Assembly (NCBI GenBank): GCA_937899865.1
Contig: CALBRH010000057.1
Span: 1-34,713 of the forward strand
Reading direction: 5' to 3'
Origin: an uncultured euryarchaeote
GTDB lineage: Archaea; Thermoplasmatota; Poseidoniia; Poseidoniales; Poseidoniaceae
Length of the DNA: 34,713 nt
The translations under genes were made by a program, and so were the position numbers. How positions within the stretch are numbered: position 1 is the first letter of the stretch; each line of letters begins with the position of its first letter. Positions 7,641 to 17,366 of the stretch are shown in pieces. A model generated the notes under the pieces. The model worked only from the letters and a program-made list of their open reading frames with translations. It did no database searches and was not told the origin of the DNA.

Positions 7641-8894
7641 CTAATACCCCCTAACCTGCATTAATGCTTGTGATAAATCCATGTCAGGCATCCAATCAAT
7701 AACTTGAGCACCAGATCCTGCCAGTGTAGTAAGCCTGTTTTGTCGTTCTAATTTCAAAACCTCATAAGACATTCTTGGAATTCTGCTCACCAATCTTTCG
7801 AAGTCAATACTTGATGGTGAAAGAACGGTTACTTCATGACCACGTCCCACTAAGTCTCGAACCGCAGCTGGTACAGTTCCATCACCTTCACATGAAGAAA
7901 TGACAAATACGGGGCTTCCTCTGCTGAATCTACCACTTAGTGAGTTAGTTACTGCTTGTAGTGGCATTTCCCCTTTTGCAGTAACACCAGCAAGTGCACT
8001 AAGGATTTTGAAATACTGCTTGTCTCCGGTATCTGGTGGTAGGTAAGATAATTTTTCACCATAGATGCCAAGCGCAACAGAATCTCTTCTCTTGAGGAAA
8101 AATGCAGCAAGGCTTGCTGCAGAGACAGTGCTCATCTCAAGTGGATTTTTTAGTACAGTGCCTATTCTTGAAATATCTCTTGAATCAATTAACAAATACA
8201 AGTCAGTAACCGCATCTCGACATTTTTCATTGACCATCAATTCACCAGTTCTAGCATAAGCTTTCCAATTTATATTCTTGAATGGGTCGCCTGAAACGTA
8301 TTCTCTAAGCGAATAGAATTCGGAACCTTGTCCAGGTGTTCTAAGTGTTGTAGCACCAGTGTACATCTTAGGTGTACGTGATCTAAGGAATGCCTCTTCA
8401 ACCTCTTTGATTTGTGGGAAAATAACGATGTCACTATGGTGGTCGACAAACATCTCCTCAACTCCAAGATTGAATGTATTCCTTGATCGGAGCGAAACAG
8501 GTCCAATTGAATAATGACCTCTAAGTGGGCAGCGAAGTACATATCGTATACGTGCACTTTCACCCGGACTTAGGTTCAATCGCATCTGATTAAGTCCACT
8601 GCGTAACTTCATTTCATGCGGAATATTGTCATAGACTTCGAGTAACTGAGTTTTCCTGTTTGAGCGATTGGTGATAAGTAGTTCAACATACAAATCATCA
8701 CCCTTGTACAGGTTATCTGCTGAGAGAGTTCTTTGAACTTCGACATCACCATGGCCCGAAATCCATGAATTGACAACGATGAAAGCGATAAGTGCAAGGC
8801 CAAGAATCATCATTTGATTATTTGCAATCATCATTCCAATCAGGATAAGAGCAATACCACCAGTGAAAGTAAATGCAGCCTTTCTTGTCCACAT
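7641..8894 (-). CDS. DUF58 family protein (MoxR-associated, vWA-like)
   Basis: N-terminal TM pair, Ig-like segment (LRGHYSIGP), EFYSLREYVSGDPFKNINWKAYAR signature and LLIDSRDIS (degenerate MIDAS). AAGGTGAT SD supports ATG 8894. Confidence 0.9.
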   Translation of the reverse strand: MWTRKAAFTFTGGIALILIGMMIANNQMMILGLALIAFIVVNSWISGHGDVEVQRTLSADNLYKGDDLYVELLITNRSNRKTQLLEVYDNIPHEMKLRSGLNQMRLNLSPGESARIRYVLRCPLRGHYSIGPVSLRSRNTFNLGVEEMFVDHHSDIVIFPQIKEVEEAFLRSRTPKMYTGATTLRTPGQGSEFYSLREYVSGDPFKNINWKAYARTGELMVNEKCRDAVTDLYLLIDSRDISRIGTVLKNPLEMSTVSAASLAAFFLKRRDSVALGIYGEKLSYLPPDTGDKQYFKILSALAGVTAKGEMPLQAVTNSLSGRFSRGSPVFVISSCEGDGTVPAAVRDLVGRGHEVTVLSPSSIDFERLVSRIPRMSYEVLKLERQNRLTTLAGSGAQVIDWMPDMDLSQALMQVRGY

Positions 8895-8898
8895 AGTA

Positions 8899-10509
8899 TC
8901 ACCTTCTCCCCCATGCTTTGACACGTTTGACTATTGTAACGGTTTGTTCAAGCGAGTATTTTCCAGGTTCAATGGCGAACTTTGCCAAGGTTGGATCGTT
9001 GATTAAAGCGACAAGTTCTCTTGCTGACATAGCGTGAAATTCTTCTCTTGTCAAACCATTCTGATTGCGAACTTTGGATAGGAATACTTGTCTAATCTTC
9101 TCAACTTTGGAATAATATGGATAACGATTTGCATCACCAAATCCATAGTAAATTATCGAGAATACGTGGCGCCAATTATCAGGGTCTTTCTTACGAATCA
9201 ATACTGCTTCAAATGATATGAAGAGAATTAGGAATAATACCAGCATTGCCAAACCTTCGCCGGTAAAGTATACCAAAAGGAAGTAAATTGTGTTGTAAGA
9301 ATCGGCGAGTACTGCATTTTGTGGATGTCTTGATTCATCAAAGATTACCATTGAATTTTCCGCTGGTTCAAGTCCTTCATCTTCAAGGCTAGTCATCATC
9401 GCTTCTGCAATTATATCCAATGCCCATTTTCGGTTGTCATTGGCTGGGATCTCAGTATCAGTTTCTCCATATAGTCCTTCAGCAAAGCCTGAATAATCGT
9501 AGATTGCGTTGATTAGAGGTGAACCGTCGGCAACAAAGAATACTCTTCCACCATCATCTGGATTACAAGTAGACTTTGCACATGCTTCAACACTGAGATT
9601 GAATTTACCATACAAGTCAGGAGTTTCTTCATTCTGTTCACTACTAACCCAAATTTCACCGTCACCATTGACATCAACGCTTGCTTCATTACTTGTCACA
9701 GCTCTAATAGCTAATTCAGGAAGTGGATTCTTGTTATTCGGTATTAGTTCTAAAGCAGTAATGTTGTTTAGTAGAACACGATAGGTGCCATTGTAAGAAA
9801 TTTCACCATCCTTCCAATGGTGGCTGCAAACACCAGATTCCTCTTGTGTCATTGCTTGACCATCAACCAAAGCACAAGGATGTGCACTCAATGCAGAGGA
9901 TGTATCCGCCCATCTTTCATGGGTTGACAATGTTTCAGAATCAATTTGACTACCATTCATGCTGCAAGGGGTTTCTTGAACACACATCCAGATGTAATTA
10001 TAGTTTAATTCAGTAGCATAAGTGGTATCAAACAACTGATAACCACTATACCGGACTCCAAATGCTTCAGCTATTGTTCCAGCAAAGCCATAATCCTCTA
10101 AAATAATAGCCGTACCACCATTATCAACGAATTCAACAATTGCATCTATTTCGGAAGGAGAATACCCATCTTCTGATGCAATGGTAATGAAACCATCTTC
10201 ATCAAATTGTGGCAGAGAAAGCGTATCTCGTTCAACACCAGCGACAATGTATGTTGTATTGCGGGGATCTTCGATATCTGCAAGCAGTAATGGGCTACTA
10301 ACTAGAGACCTAGTTTCAATACCCATATCTTTGATATCTTGTCTAAACGCTGACATATCATTCCAATCGTCATCATAGGCAGATAATTGGTTGGTGTTAG
10401 ATAAGTTGACAAAATTGCTTAAAATCATTATCAATAGTACGAACATAACCGACCAAAAAGCGGCTTGTAAGCCGATTCTACGGTAATTTATTTCGCGCCA
10501 TTCAACCAT
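8899..10509 (-). CDS. DUF4350-like membrane-anchored protein
   Basis: N-terminal TM, SAYDDDWNDMSAF, EFVDNGGTAIILEDYG, GRVFFVADGSPLINA, VIFDESRH and a C-terminal TM match archaeal DUF4350/GATase-like proteins. AGGTG SD supports ATG 10509. Confidence 0.7.
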   Translation of the reverse strand: MVEWREINYRRIGLQAAFWSVMFVLLIMILSNFVNLSNTNQLSAYDDDWNDMSAFRQDIKDMGIETRSLVSSPLLLADIEDPRNTTYIVAGVERDTLSLPQFDEDGFITIASEDGYSPSEIDAIVEFVDNGGTAIILEDYGFAGTIAEAFGVRYSGYQLFDTTYATELNYNYIWMCVQETPCSMNGSQIDSETLSTHERWADTSSALSAHPCALVDGQAMTQEESGVCSHHWKDGEISYNGTYRVLLNNITALELIPNNKNPLPELAIRAVTSNEASVDVNGDGEIWVSSEQNEETPDLYGKFNLSVEACAKSTCNPDDGGRVFFVADGSPLINAIYDYSGFAEGLYGETDTEIPANDNRKWALDIIAEAMMTSLEDEGLEPAENSMVIFDESRHPQNAVLADSYNTIYFLLVYFTGEGLAMLVLFLILFISFEAVLIRKKDPDNWRHVFSIIYYGFGDANRYPYYSKVEKIRQVFLSKVRNQNGLTREEFHAMSARELVALINDPTLAKFAIEPGKYSLEQTVTIVKRVKAWGRR

Positions 10510-10603
10510 AAGCACACCTACTAGAGCGTATTTCCGACACTACACGCCAACACATCAGTTTAGAATGTTGTCTATACTTGAGGATTAAATGCTCATTGAA
10601 ACA

Positions 10604-10843
10604 TCATTTTCTAAGATGTATTCGATTAGAAATTCTTGACACATCATCAATTGGAATATTCATCCTTCCATCAAGATAATTCCAAGGTAGCATTGATGGC
10701 TCGAGGTTAGCCTCAAGAATGACAACGATTTGAGTTATTGAACCAGATAATTTGTCTATGACTAAATCAGTGACTTCTCCTAATTTCTCATTGTGCGAGT
10801 CAACAACATCTAGGCCCATGACTTCCTTTGCAAAAACCGCCAT
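10604..10843 (-). CDS. Stand-alone PRC-barrel protein (CdpB-like)
   Basis: 79 aa. EVMGLDVVDSHNEKLGEVTDLVID and IPIDDVSRIS are typical PRC-barrel patterns. It starts 11 nt after the cdc48 stop, with GAGGT SD overlapping that stop. Confidence 0.85.
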   Translation of the reverse strand: MAVFAKEVMGLDVVDSHNEKLGEVTDLVIDKLSGSITQIVVILEANLEPSMLPWNYLDGRMNIPIDDVSRISNRIHLRK

Positions 10844-10854
10844 GATAAACTACC

Positions 10855-13080
10855 TCACATCGTTTCTATTCCATGACTGAAATCCTTGGTTCGTTTGATA
10901 TTCGACATTCCTGAAGTTAATCTTGTTTCCATCTTTTGATAATATTCTAACATTTCAGGAGTCACAGTTGGTCTTACTCTACCAATCGCTTCTTCAAAGT
11001 GACTTTTCGTGACTTTCTTCTTGTTGGCTCTCATACAGATAAGTGCAGCTTCTCTGCATACCGCTTCAATATCTGCACCAGTAAATCCATCCAAACCTTT
11101 CAGTACGTCTTTAAGTGAGAATTTAGACAATGGCATTCCTTTACAGTGTATATTGAAAATCGCTTCTCTTGCACCAACATCTGGTGGAGGAACATGCAAT
11201 ACTCGCTCGAATCTTCCGCTTCGAAGAAGAGCGGGGTCAATCATTTCGGGCCTATTTGTGGCGGCTACAACGATTACTCCGTCAATTGATTCAACTCCAT
11301 CCATACTTGCTAACAGTTGATTTACAACTCGATTGGAAACATCACTACCCTCGCTTGAATTAGAAGATCGCATATTTGCAATCGATTCAAATTCGTCAAG
11401 GAATATTATTGATGGAGAGGATTGCTTGGCTTTCTTGAAAATTTCTCTCACAGCTCGCTCAGATTCTCCAACCCATTTTGAAATCATTTCAGGTCCTTTG
11501 ATACTGATAAAATTCGCTTGTGCTTCATTAGCAATCGCTTTGGCAAGTAGGGTTTTTCCAGTTCCTGGGGCGCCAAACATAACGATGCCTCGTGGTGGCT
11601 TAATACCAAAGTGGTCGAACAACTCAGGTTTGGTTAATGGCCATTCAACCGATTCTTTGAGTCTACTCTTGACATCTTCTAAGCCACCAATTTCATCCCA
11701 GGTGACTTCAGGAACTTCAACATAAATTTCTCTAAGAGCAGATGGTTCGATATCTTTGATTGCTTGGTGAAAGTCTTCCATACAGACTTCCATTTTTTCC
11801 AATACTTCTGGAGGAATAGTATCTTCTTCGAGGTCAATTTCTGGTAGGTATCTGCGCAGTGCTTTCATTGCAGCCTCTCTAACAAGTGCGGCTAAATCTG
11901 CGCCAACAAAGCCGTAGGTATTGTCAAGTATCCAAGTAATATCGAAATCTTCTGACATCGGCATTTGTCGAGTGTGAACATCCATTATCTCGCTTCTTCC
12001 ATCACGATCAGGAACGCCAATTTCGATTTCTCTATCAAATCTTCCAGGTCTTCTAAGTGCAGGATCAAGTGCATCACGACGGTTGGTGGCTCCAATTACC
12101 ACGACATTATCTCGGCCTTGCATACCATCCATTAGAGTAAGCATTTGAGCAACAACTCTACGTTCTACTTCGCCGCTTACATCTTCTCGCTTTGGACAAA
12201 TCGAATCAATTTCATCGATGAAAACAATGGCTGGTGCGTTATCACTTGCATCATCAAAGATTTCACGTAGTTGCTTTTCAGATTCTCCGTAATACTTACT
12301 GATAATCTCCGGTCCATTGATACTCTTAAAATGTGCATTTGTTTCAGTTGCAACCGCTTTAGCAATCATGGTTTTTCCAGTCCCAGGTGGGCCATGTAGC
12401 AGAACTCCTTTCGGTGGGTCAATACCTAATCTTCTAAACAGCTCAGGATGTTTAAGTGGTAATTCTATCATTTCTCTAACCTTTTGTAATTGTTGCCCAA
12501 TACCACCGACATCTTCGTAAGTTATTCCTTCAGATTGCCCGATATCATCATCATCAATTGCCTCATCCTTGATTACAATATCAGTATCGTTGGTTACTTT
12601 TACAACTCCCTTAGGAGTAGTTTGTACAACTGCAAATGGTAATGCTTCAGCAAACAATGTCATACCAGGAATGAAAATTCTATCTCCTTGAACCACGGGT
12701 CTGTTTTGCAACCCACGACGAGCAAAGCCCTCAATACCAGGTCCGAACTTGACTTTTTGTTTGTTTGCCATGACTGGAGAAATAACCAATTTCTTGCATT
12801 CTTCAGCCTCAACTTTTGACACGGTAACTTTGTCCCTTAAGCTAACACCAGCATTTTTTCTAATGATACCATCTATTCTAATGATGGCCATTTTGTTATC
12901 CTCAGGTCTGCTACGCCAATAAATGGCAGCAGTAGAGCGCTTTTCGCCCTTGATTAGAACTATGTCTCCAGGTTTCAAGTCCAATCCTGAATCGCCAGAT
13001 ATTCGGGCTCTTCCGTGACCTACATCTGAAGGAATTGATTTTTCCACAGTGAGTGATATGGCTTCATTTTGTCCTGACAT
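10855..13080 (-). CDS. cdc48: Cdc48/VCP (VAT) double-ring AAA+ ATPase
   Basis: N-domain ([21 protein letters not shown]), two Walker A motifs ([16 protein letters not shown]), Walker B (FIDEID, FLDEFE), pore loops KYYG/KWVG and arginine fingers RRPGRFD/LRSGRFE. Confidence 0.97.
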   Translation of the reverse strand: MSGQNEAISLTVEKSIPSDVGHGRARISGDSGLDLKPGDIVLIKGEKRSTAAIYWRSRPEDNKMAIIRIDGIIRKNAGVSLRDKVTVSKVEAEECKKLVISPVMANKQKVKFGPGIEGFARRGLQNRPVVQGDRIFIPGMTLFAEALPFAVVQTTPKGVVKVTNDTDIVIKDEAIDDDDIGQSEGITYEDVGGIGQQLQKVREMIELPLKHPELFRRLGIDPPKGVLLHGPPGTGKTMIAKAVATETNAHFKSINGPEIISKYYGESEKQLREIFDDASDNAPAIVFIDEIDSICPKREDVSGEVERRVVAQMLTLMDGMQGRDNVVVIGATNRRDALDPALRRPGRFDREIEIGVPDRDGRSEIMDVHTRQMPMSEDFDITWILDNTYGFVGADLAALVREAAMKALRRYLPEIDLEEDTIPPEVLEKMEVCMEDFHQAIKDIEPSALREIYVEVPEVTWDEIGGLEDVKSRLKESVEWPLTKPELFDHFGIKPPRGIVMFGAPGTGKTLLAKAIANEAQANFISIKGPEMISKWVGESERAVREIFKKAKQSSPSIIFLDEFESIANMRSSNSSEGSDVSNRVVNQLLASMDGVESIDGVIVVAATNRPEMIDPALLRSGRFERVLHVPPPDVGAREAIFNIHCKGMPLSKFSLKDVLKGLDGFTGADIEAVCREAALICMRANKKKVTKSHFEEAIGRVRPTVTPEMLEYYQKMETRLTSGMSNIKRTKDFSHGIETM

Positions 13081-13253
13081 TATAATCGCTCCTCTACCTC
13101 GGTGATGCTAATAGTTTGTAATACTTACAGCCTCAACTCGAAGCATAGTACTCTATTTTCCATGTCATTTAAACCCTCCATGATTAATTTCTGTACACTT
13201 TTTTTATTTGTTTGAACCATTATATTCAATAGTCCGACTTTGGTGGGCTGGAC

Positions 13254-14882
13254 ATGGTTCATGTTTTAGAGACCGGATTAGAATTTATTGCTCAAGAAAA
13301 CCCTAATGGAAAGCCAGCAGTTCGCGGCTATAATATCATCAATGGTCAATTGACTCTAGCTAGTGATGGTGCTACATTTACTTCTAAGAATCCAGCAATG
13401 CTTGCTGATTGCTTGGGTGAATTTCCTCTATCGACAAGAGATGACGTTAGAGATGCACTTCATGCGGCGCACAAAGCATTTCCTTCTTGGGCATCAACAC
13501 CAGCGCCAACTCGAGGACAGATAATTGGTAATATGGGGCGACTACTAATGGAGCATAAAGATGCTTTAGTAGCCTTAGAGACACGTGAAATTGGTAAGAC
13601 TCTGAAAGAATCTGGCGGTGAGATCCAAGAAGCGATTGACACATGTTTATTTTTCCAATCCGAGGGTCGCAGATTATACGGTCAAACAGTAAATTCAGAA
13701 CTCCCAGATAAAGAATTATTCACATATCGAAGACCACTTGGTGTTTGTGGTATTATTAACGCCTGTAACTTCCCTTCAGCAGTTCCATTTTGGAAGATGA
13801 TTCCAGCGATAATGTGCGGTAATACTTGTGTTTGGAAGAGCCCTCAAGATGCACCACTACTTTCGTTTGCATTAGCGAGAATTATGCATGAAGCAGGTCT
13901 TCCAGATGGCGTAATCAATCTCATACACGGCAAGGGCAGTGGCGCTGGACAATATTTAGTCGATGCAGTTGATGAGGGATTGGTCAACAAAATCTCATTC
14001 ACTGGTTCAACTGAAGTCGGTAAGATGATCGGTGAAGTTTGTGGCCGTAACCTTGTGTCATGTTCACTTGAATTAGGCGGCAAGAATCCACTTGTAGTTA
14101 TGCCTTCAGCAGACATCAACAACGCTGTTGAAGGTGCTTATTGGGGTGCATTTGGAACTGCAGGACAGCGATGTACCAGCCTTGGAAACTTGATTATCCA
14201 CAAGGATGTTTATGATGAATTCATGGACAAATTCATGGCCAAGGTAAAGTCAACTAGAATTGGCAATTCTTTGGTTCACAAAGATGTTCTTTATGGACCA
14301 ATGTTGTCAGAAAAATATGGCAAGGATTTCTTATCAGGAATTGAAATGGCTAATGCAAGTGGCGCAAAGCAGATTTGGGGGCAGGGAGTCATCACAGCAG
14401 ATAATGCTCCGGAGAATTTCATGGGTGATGCAAGTGAAGGTGTGTTCATGTGGCCTCATGTTTTCGTAGATGTAACCGAAGACATGCAATGTTTCCATGA
14501 AGAGATATTTGGCCCTGCTGTTACTGTGGTAAAAGCTAATGATTTTGACCACGCTCTGCATCTTGCTAATGCAAGCCCATACGGACTTTCTTCAGCCATT
14601 TATACCAATGATCGTTTGGAAGCATACAGGTATAAAACCGGTATCAAGGCTGGTATGACAGGTATTAACAACAGTACTACTGGAGCCGAGGCTCACCTGC
14701 CATTTGGTGGTGTGAAAGGTTCTGGTAATGGTACACGTGAGTCAGGAATATGGGTTATTGAAGCATATTCATACTGGCATGCAGTCAATGATGAATTATC
14801 AGGTAAACTTCAACTCGCTCAGATGGATGTTGATGAAATTGAGATGGTTGAAGCCGAGGTAGATTGGAATCAATTAGCATGA
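13254..14882 (+). CDS. NAD(P)-dependent aldehyde dehydrogenase
   Basis: FTGSTEVG, catalytic Glu in LELGGKNP, catalytic Cys in GQRCTS, EEIFGP and HLPFGG. The substrate cannot be determined from motifs. Confidence 0.95.
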   Translation: MVHVLETGLEFIAQENPNGKPAVRGYNIINGQLTLASDGATFTSKNPAMLADCLGEFPLSTRDDVRDALHAAHKAFPSWASTPAPTRGQIIGNMGRLLMEHKDALVALETREIGKTLKESGGEIQEAIDTCLFFQSEGRRLYGQTVNSELPDKELFTYRRPLGVCGIINACNFPSAVPFWKMIPAIMCGNTCVWKSPQDAPLLSFALARIMHEAGLPDGVINLIHGKGSGAGQYLVDAVDEGLVNKISFTGSTEVGKMIGEVCGRNLVSCSLELGGKNPLVVMPSADINNAVEGAYWGAFGTAGQRCTSLGNLIIHKDVYDEFMDKFMAKVKSTRIGNSLVHKDVLYGPMLSEKYGKDFLSGIEMANASGAKQIWGQGVITADNAPENFMGDASEGVFMWPHVFVDVTEDMQCFHEEIFGPAVTVVKANDFDHALHLANASPYGLSSAIYTNDRLEAYRYKTGIKAGMTGINNSTTGAEAHLPFGGVKGSGNGTRESGIWVIEAYSYWHAVNDELSGKLQLAQMDVDEIEMVEAEVDWNQLA

Positions 14883-14918
14883 TTCAGGTGAAAAATTCAC
14901 TTTGGAATCATACTATAC

Positions 14919-14930
14919 TTGATATATCAA
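14919..14930. promoter_or_regulatory. Perfect 12-bp palindrome upstream of crtB, candidate operator
   Basis: TTGATATATCAA is its own reverse complement, ends 45 nt upstream of the crtB ATG and contains a TATA-like core. Confidence 0.4.
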
Positions 14931-14975
14931 TAACAATACCTTGAGTTACTGGCAGTTTGCAAAACAGGTGATTTT

Positions 14976-15983
14976 ATGGTATCAATTTTTCAACTTGGTC
15001 AAGAAAAACCTACCGTTGCAGACCGATTAGAAAACGCATACCTAGAATGTGAAGTAATCTCTAGAAATGCATCAAGTTCATTCTTTAGGTCGTTTAGACA
15101 TCTACCTAATCATAAACGTAGAGCGGTAAATTCACTGTATGCATTTTGTCGTAGAGTTGATGATATTGTCGATGGTGATTGGCTGCCAGAACAGGATTTA
15201 TCACACCTTGATGAGCGAGCAAAAAACCGTAGTATCCAATTATCTATTGACAAACAATCTGAACCGCTAAATGATGACTTAAATCATCTCTTAAAACTCC
15301 GTTCATTATTATGGTATAGAATCAATTTGGACAAAATTGAAGCCGGAGAATCACCAAAAGACCCTATATTCATCGCTTTAGCAGATGTGGTTAAGAAATA
15401 CTCCTTAGAACTAGATCATTTGAGAGAATTGATTTCAGGTATGGAAGACGATCTCTACTGTGCTAATTACGAGAGATTTGAGGATTTGAGGCGTTACTGC
15501 TACCGTGTTGCTTCAACAGTAGGCCTATGCCTTGTGGAAATTTATGGTTACAACGATCCTAATGCTAGGAGGCACGCAGTCGAGATGGGCATTTATCTTC
15601 AAATGGTCAATGTGTTAAGAGATATTCAAGAAGATATGAGCAGAAACAGAGTGTATTTGCCAACAGAAGAACTTGCTAAATTTGGAATTTCTAAAGAGGA
15701 TCTAAAATCCACTAATCTATCATCTACAGATGGCTGGCAAGAATTCATGCGTCATTATTTAGACCATGTAATGGCTCACAGAAAGAATGCAGTAGGGCTT
15801 TTGTCATTACTTGACAAAGATTCTCGATATTCTCCATCGATAATGTGTGCAGCATATGATGCTATTCTTGAGGAAGCAATGAAGCGAAACGGAGATGTTT
15901 TTACTCGAAGGCTTACCATGAGTTTCTATCGAAAGTTGCAATTTGCATTAGGAATAATTAGAAAGCCAAGGCTTAATTTTTAA
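14976..15983 (+). CDS. crtB: Phytoene/squalene synthase family, probable phytoene synthase
   Basis: SSFF, LYAFCRRVDDIVD, GMEDDL, DLRRYCYRVASTVG, QMVNVLRDIQED and RVYLP. AGGTGAT SD. Confidence 0.9.
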   Translation: MVSIFQLGQEKPTVADRLENAYLECEVISRNASSSFFRSFRHLPNHKRRAVNSLYAFCRRVDDIVDGDWLPEQDLSHLDERAKNRSIQLSIDKQSEPLNDDLNHLLKLRSLLWYRINLDKIEAGESPKDPIFIALADVVKKYSLELDHLRELISGMEDDLYCANYERFEDLRRYCYRVASTVGLCLVEIYGYNDPNARRHAVEMGIYLQMVNVLRDIQEDMSRNRVYLPTEELAKFGISKEDLKSTNLSSTDGWQEFMRHYLDHVMAHRKNAVGLLSLLDKDSRYSPSIMCAAYDAILEEAMKRNGDVFTRRLTMSFYRKLQFALGIIRKPRLNF

Positions 15984-17365
15984 TTCTTCCATATTCCAAG
16001 GCAGTCTCTTAGAGCAGGCTCCAAATCTTCATGTTCAAATCTATAACCGGATTCAATTAGTCGAGTAGGAACTACTCTAGTACTTTCAGTGGTAAGTGCA
16101 ACCCCCATTTTGCCAAATAAAATCCAAACTCCAAATGGAGGAGTAGGTATGAATGCCGGTCGCCGTAAAACCTTGCCAAGCACCTTTGCAAATTTCTTTT
16201 GTCTTACAGGATTCGGTGCAGCCATATTGAATACTCCTTCGCAACTCTCTGTCATCATTAAGTGATTTGTTGCATATATTTGATCATCCATGGAAATCCA
16301 ACTGTACCATTGTTTGCCTCGACCAATCGGTCCACCAGCTCCTAATTTTGCCGGCAATAGCATTTTTCCAAGTGCGCCACCAGTTGCATCAAGAACAATA
16401 CCTGTTCTGAGATTGACAGTTCTTACACCAGCATCTCTTGCTGCTTGGCAAGCTTCTTCCCATTTAGCACAAGTAGTTGGTAGGAAACCCTGGCCAGCAT
16501 CTGATGATTCATCTAGTTCTTCATCACCCCTGTCACCATACCAACCAACAGCACTGGAGACAATGAACGACTCGGGTTTATTGGTAAGTTTGGCAATAGT
16601 TTTTGCAAGAAGAGAAGTGCTTCTAGTTCTACTCTCTTCAATCAATTTCATACGTTTTTTTGACCATCTCTTGTCACCAATTCCCGCACCTCCTAGATGA
16701 ATAATCGAATCAAATCCTTCTAAGTCATCTGGATTTATTGTGCCAGATTCTGGAGACCATGAAAGTTCTTTTTCACCAACCTTTGCATCTCTCCTAACCA
16801 AGCGCCACACATCGTGCCCTCCAGTATCTAAGAATGCGACCAATTGTCTACCAATAAGTCCAGATGAGCCAGCCACAAGTATTCTCTTTCTTTTCAAATG
16901 GCTATATTCAGCATGTCTTTTCAGGTCACGCTCTAATCTAATTTCTCTTGCAGTAAACATTCTATGAAGCCTTTTTCTTATCATTCTTCCAGCAACAATA
17001 TTACCAAGAAAACCTAATGGCAATTTGTACGTCACTGTATCGTGAATCATGACTTTGCCTTCAGGAGTTGCCTCGAAATTATGGGTATGATGCCATGATT
17101 TGAATGGGCCTTTGAGCATTATATCTTCAAAGGAATGTGGTGGATTATATGCGGTATGCTGGGCAACCCAACTCATTTTTATCGGACCCATTGGAAATCT
17201 AAAGATACGCTGAGAACCTTCTTCCAAATTATCATCAGCGCGAACTTCTTCAGCTAGTTCCCAAGGAGGCATCAATCTTCTAAATGCGCCTTTTCTTTCA
17301 TGCCATGCAAAAGCATCTTCAATACTATTTTCAACGATAGTTTTGTGTTCAAAAACGATACTCAT
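15980..17365 (-). CDS. SRPBCC domain fused to a TIGR01777 (YfcH-like) NAD-dependent epimerase/oxidoreductase
   Basis: N-terminal ~150 aa (AFAWHER, GPFKSWHHTH, DTVTYKLP) is SRPBCC-like, followed by ILVAGSSGLIG, IIHLGGAGI, SSAVGWYG, RTGIVL, GKQWYSWI and LRRP. Confidence 0.9.
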   Translation of the reverse strand: MSIVFEHKTIVENSIEDAFAWHERKGAFRRLMPPWELAEEVRADDNLEEGSQRIFRFPMGPIKMSWVAQHTAYNPPHSFEDIMLKGPFKSWHHTHNFEATPEGKVMIHDTVTYKLPLGFLGNIVAGRMIRKRLHRMFTAREIRLERDLKRHAEYSHLKRKRILVAGSSGLIGRQLVAFLDTGGHDVWRLVRRDAKVGEKELSWSPESGTINPDDLEGFDSIIHLGGAGIGDKRWSKKRMKLIEESRTRSTSLLAKTIAKLTNKPESFIVSSAVGWYGDRGDEELDESSDAGQGFLPTTCAKWEEACQAARDAGVRTVNLRTGIVLDATGGALGKMLLPAKLGAGGPIGRGKQWYSWISMDDQIYATNHLMMTESCEGVFNMAAPNPVRQKKFAKVLGKVLRRPAFIPTPPFGVWILFGKMGVALTTESTRVVPTRLIESGYRFEHEDLEPALRDCLGIWKN

Positions 17366-17366
17366 T

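Noticed and set aside
13254-14882. ALDH as a retinal or apocarotenoid dehydrogenase because it precedes crtB
   Set aside because: Only adjacency supports it. A hairpin at 14888-14900 and a separate promoter-like region lie between the genes, and the motifs give no substrate information.
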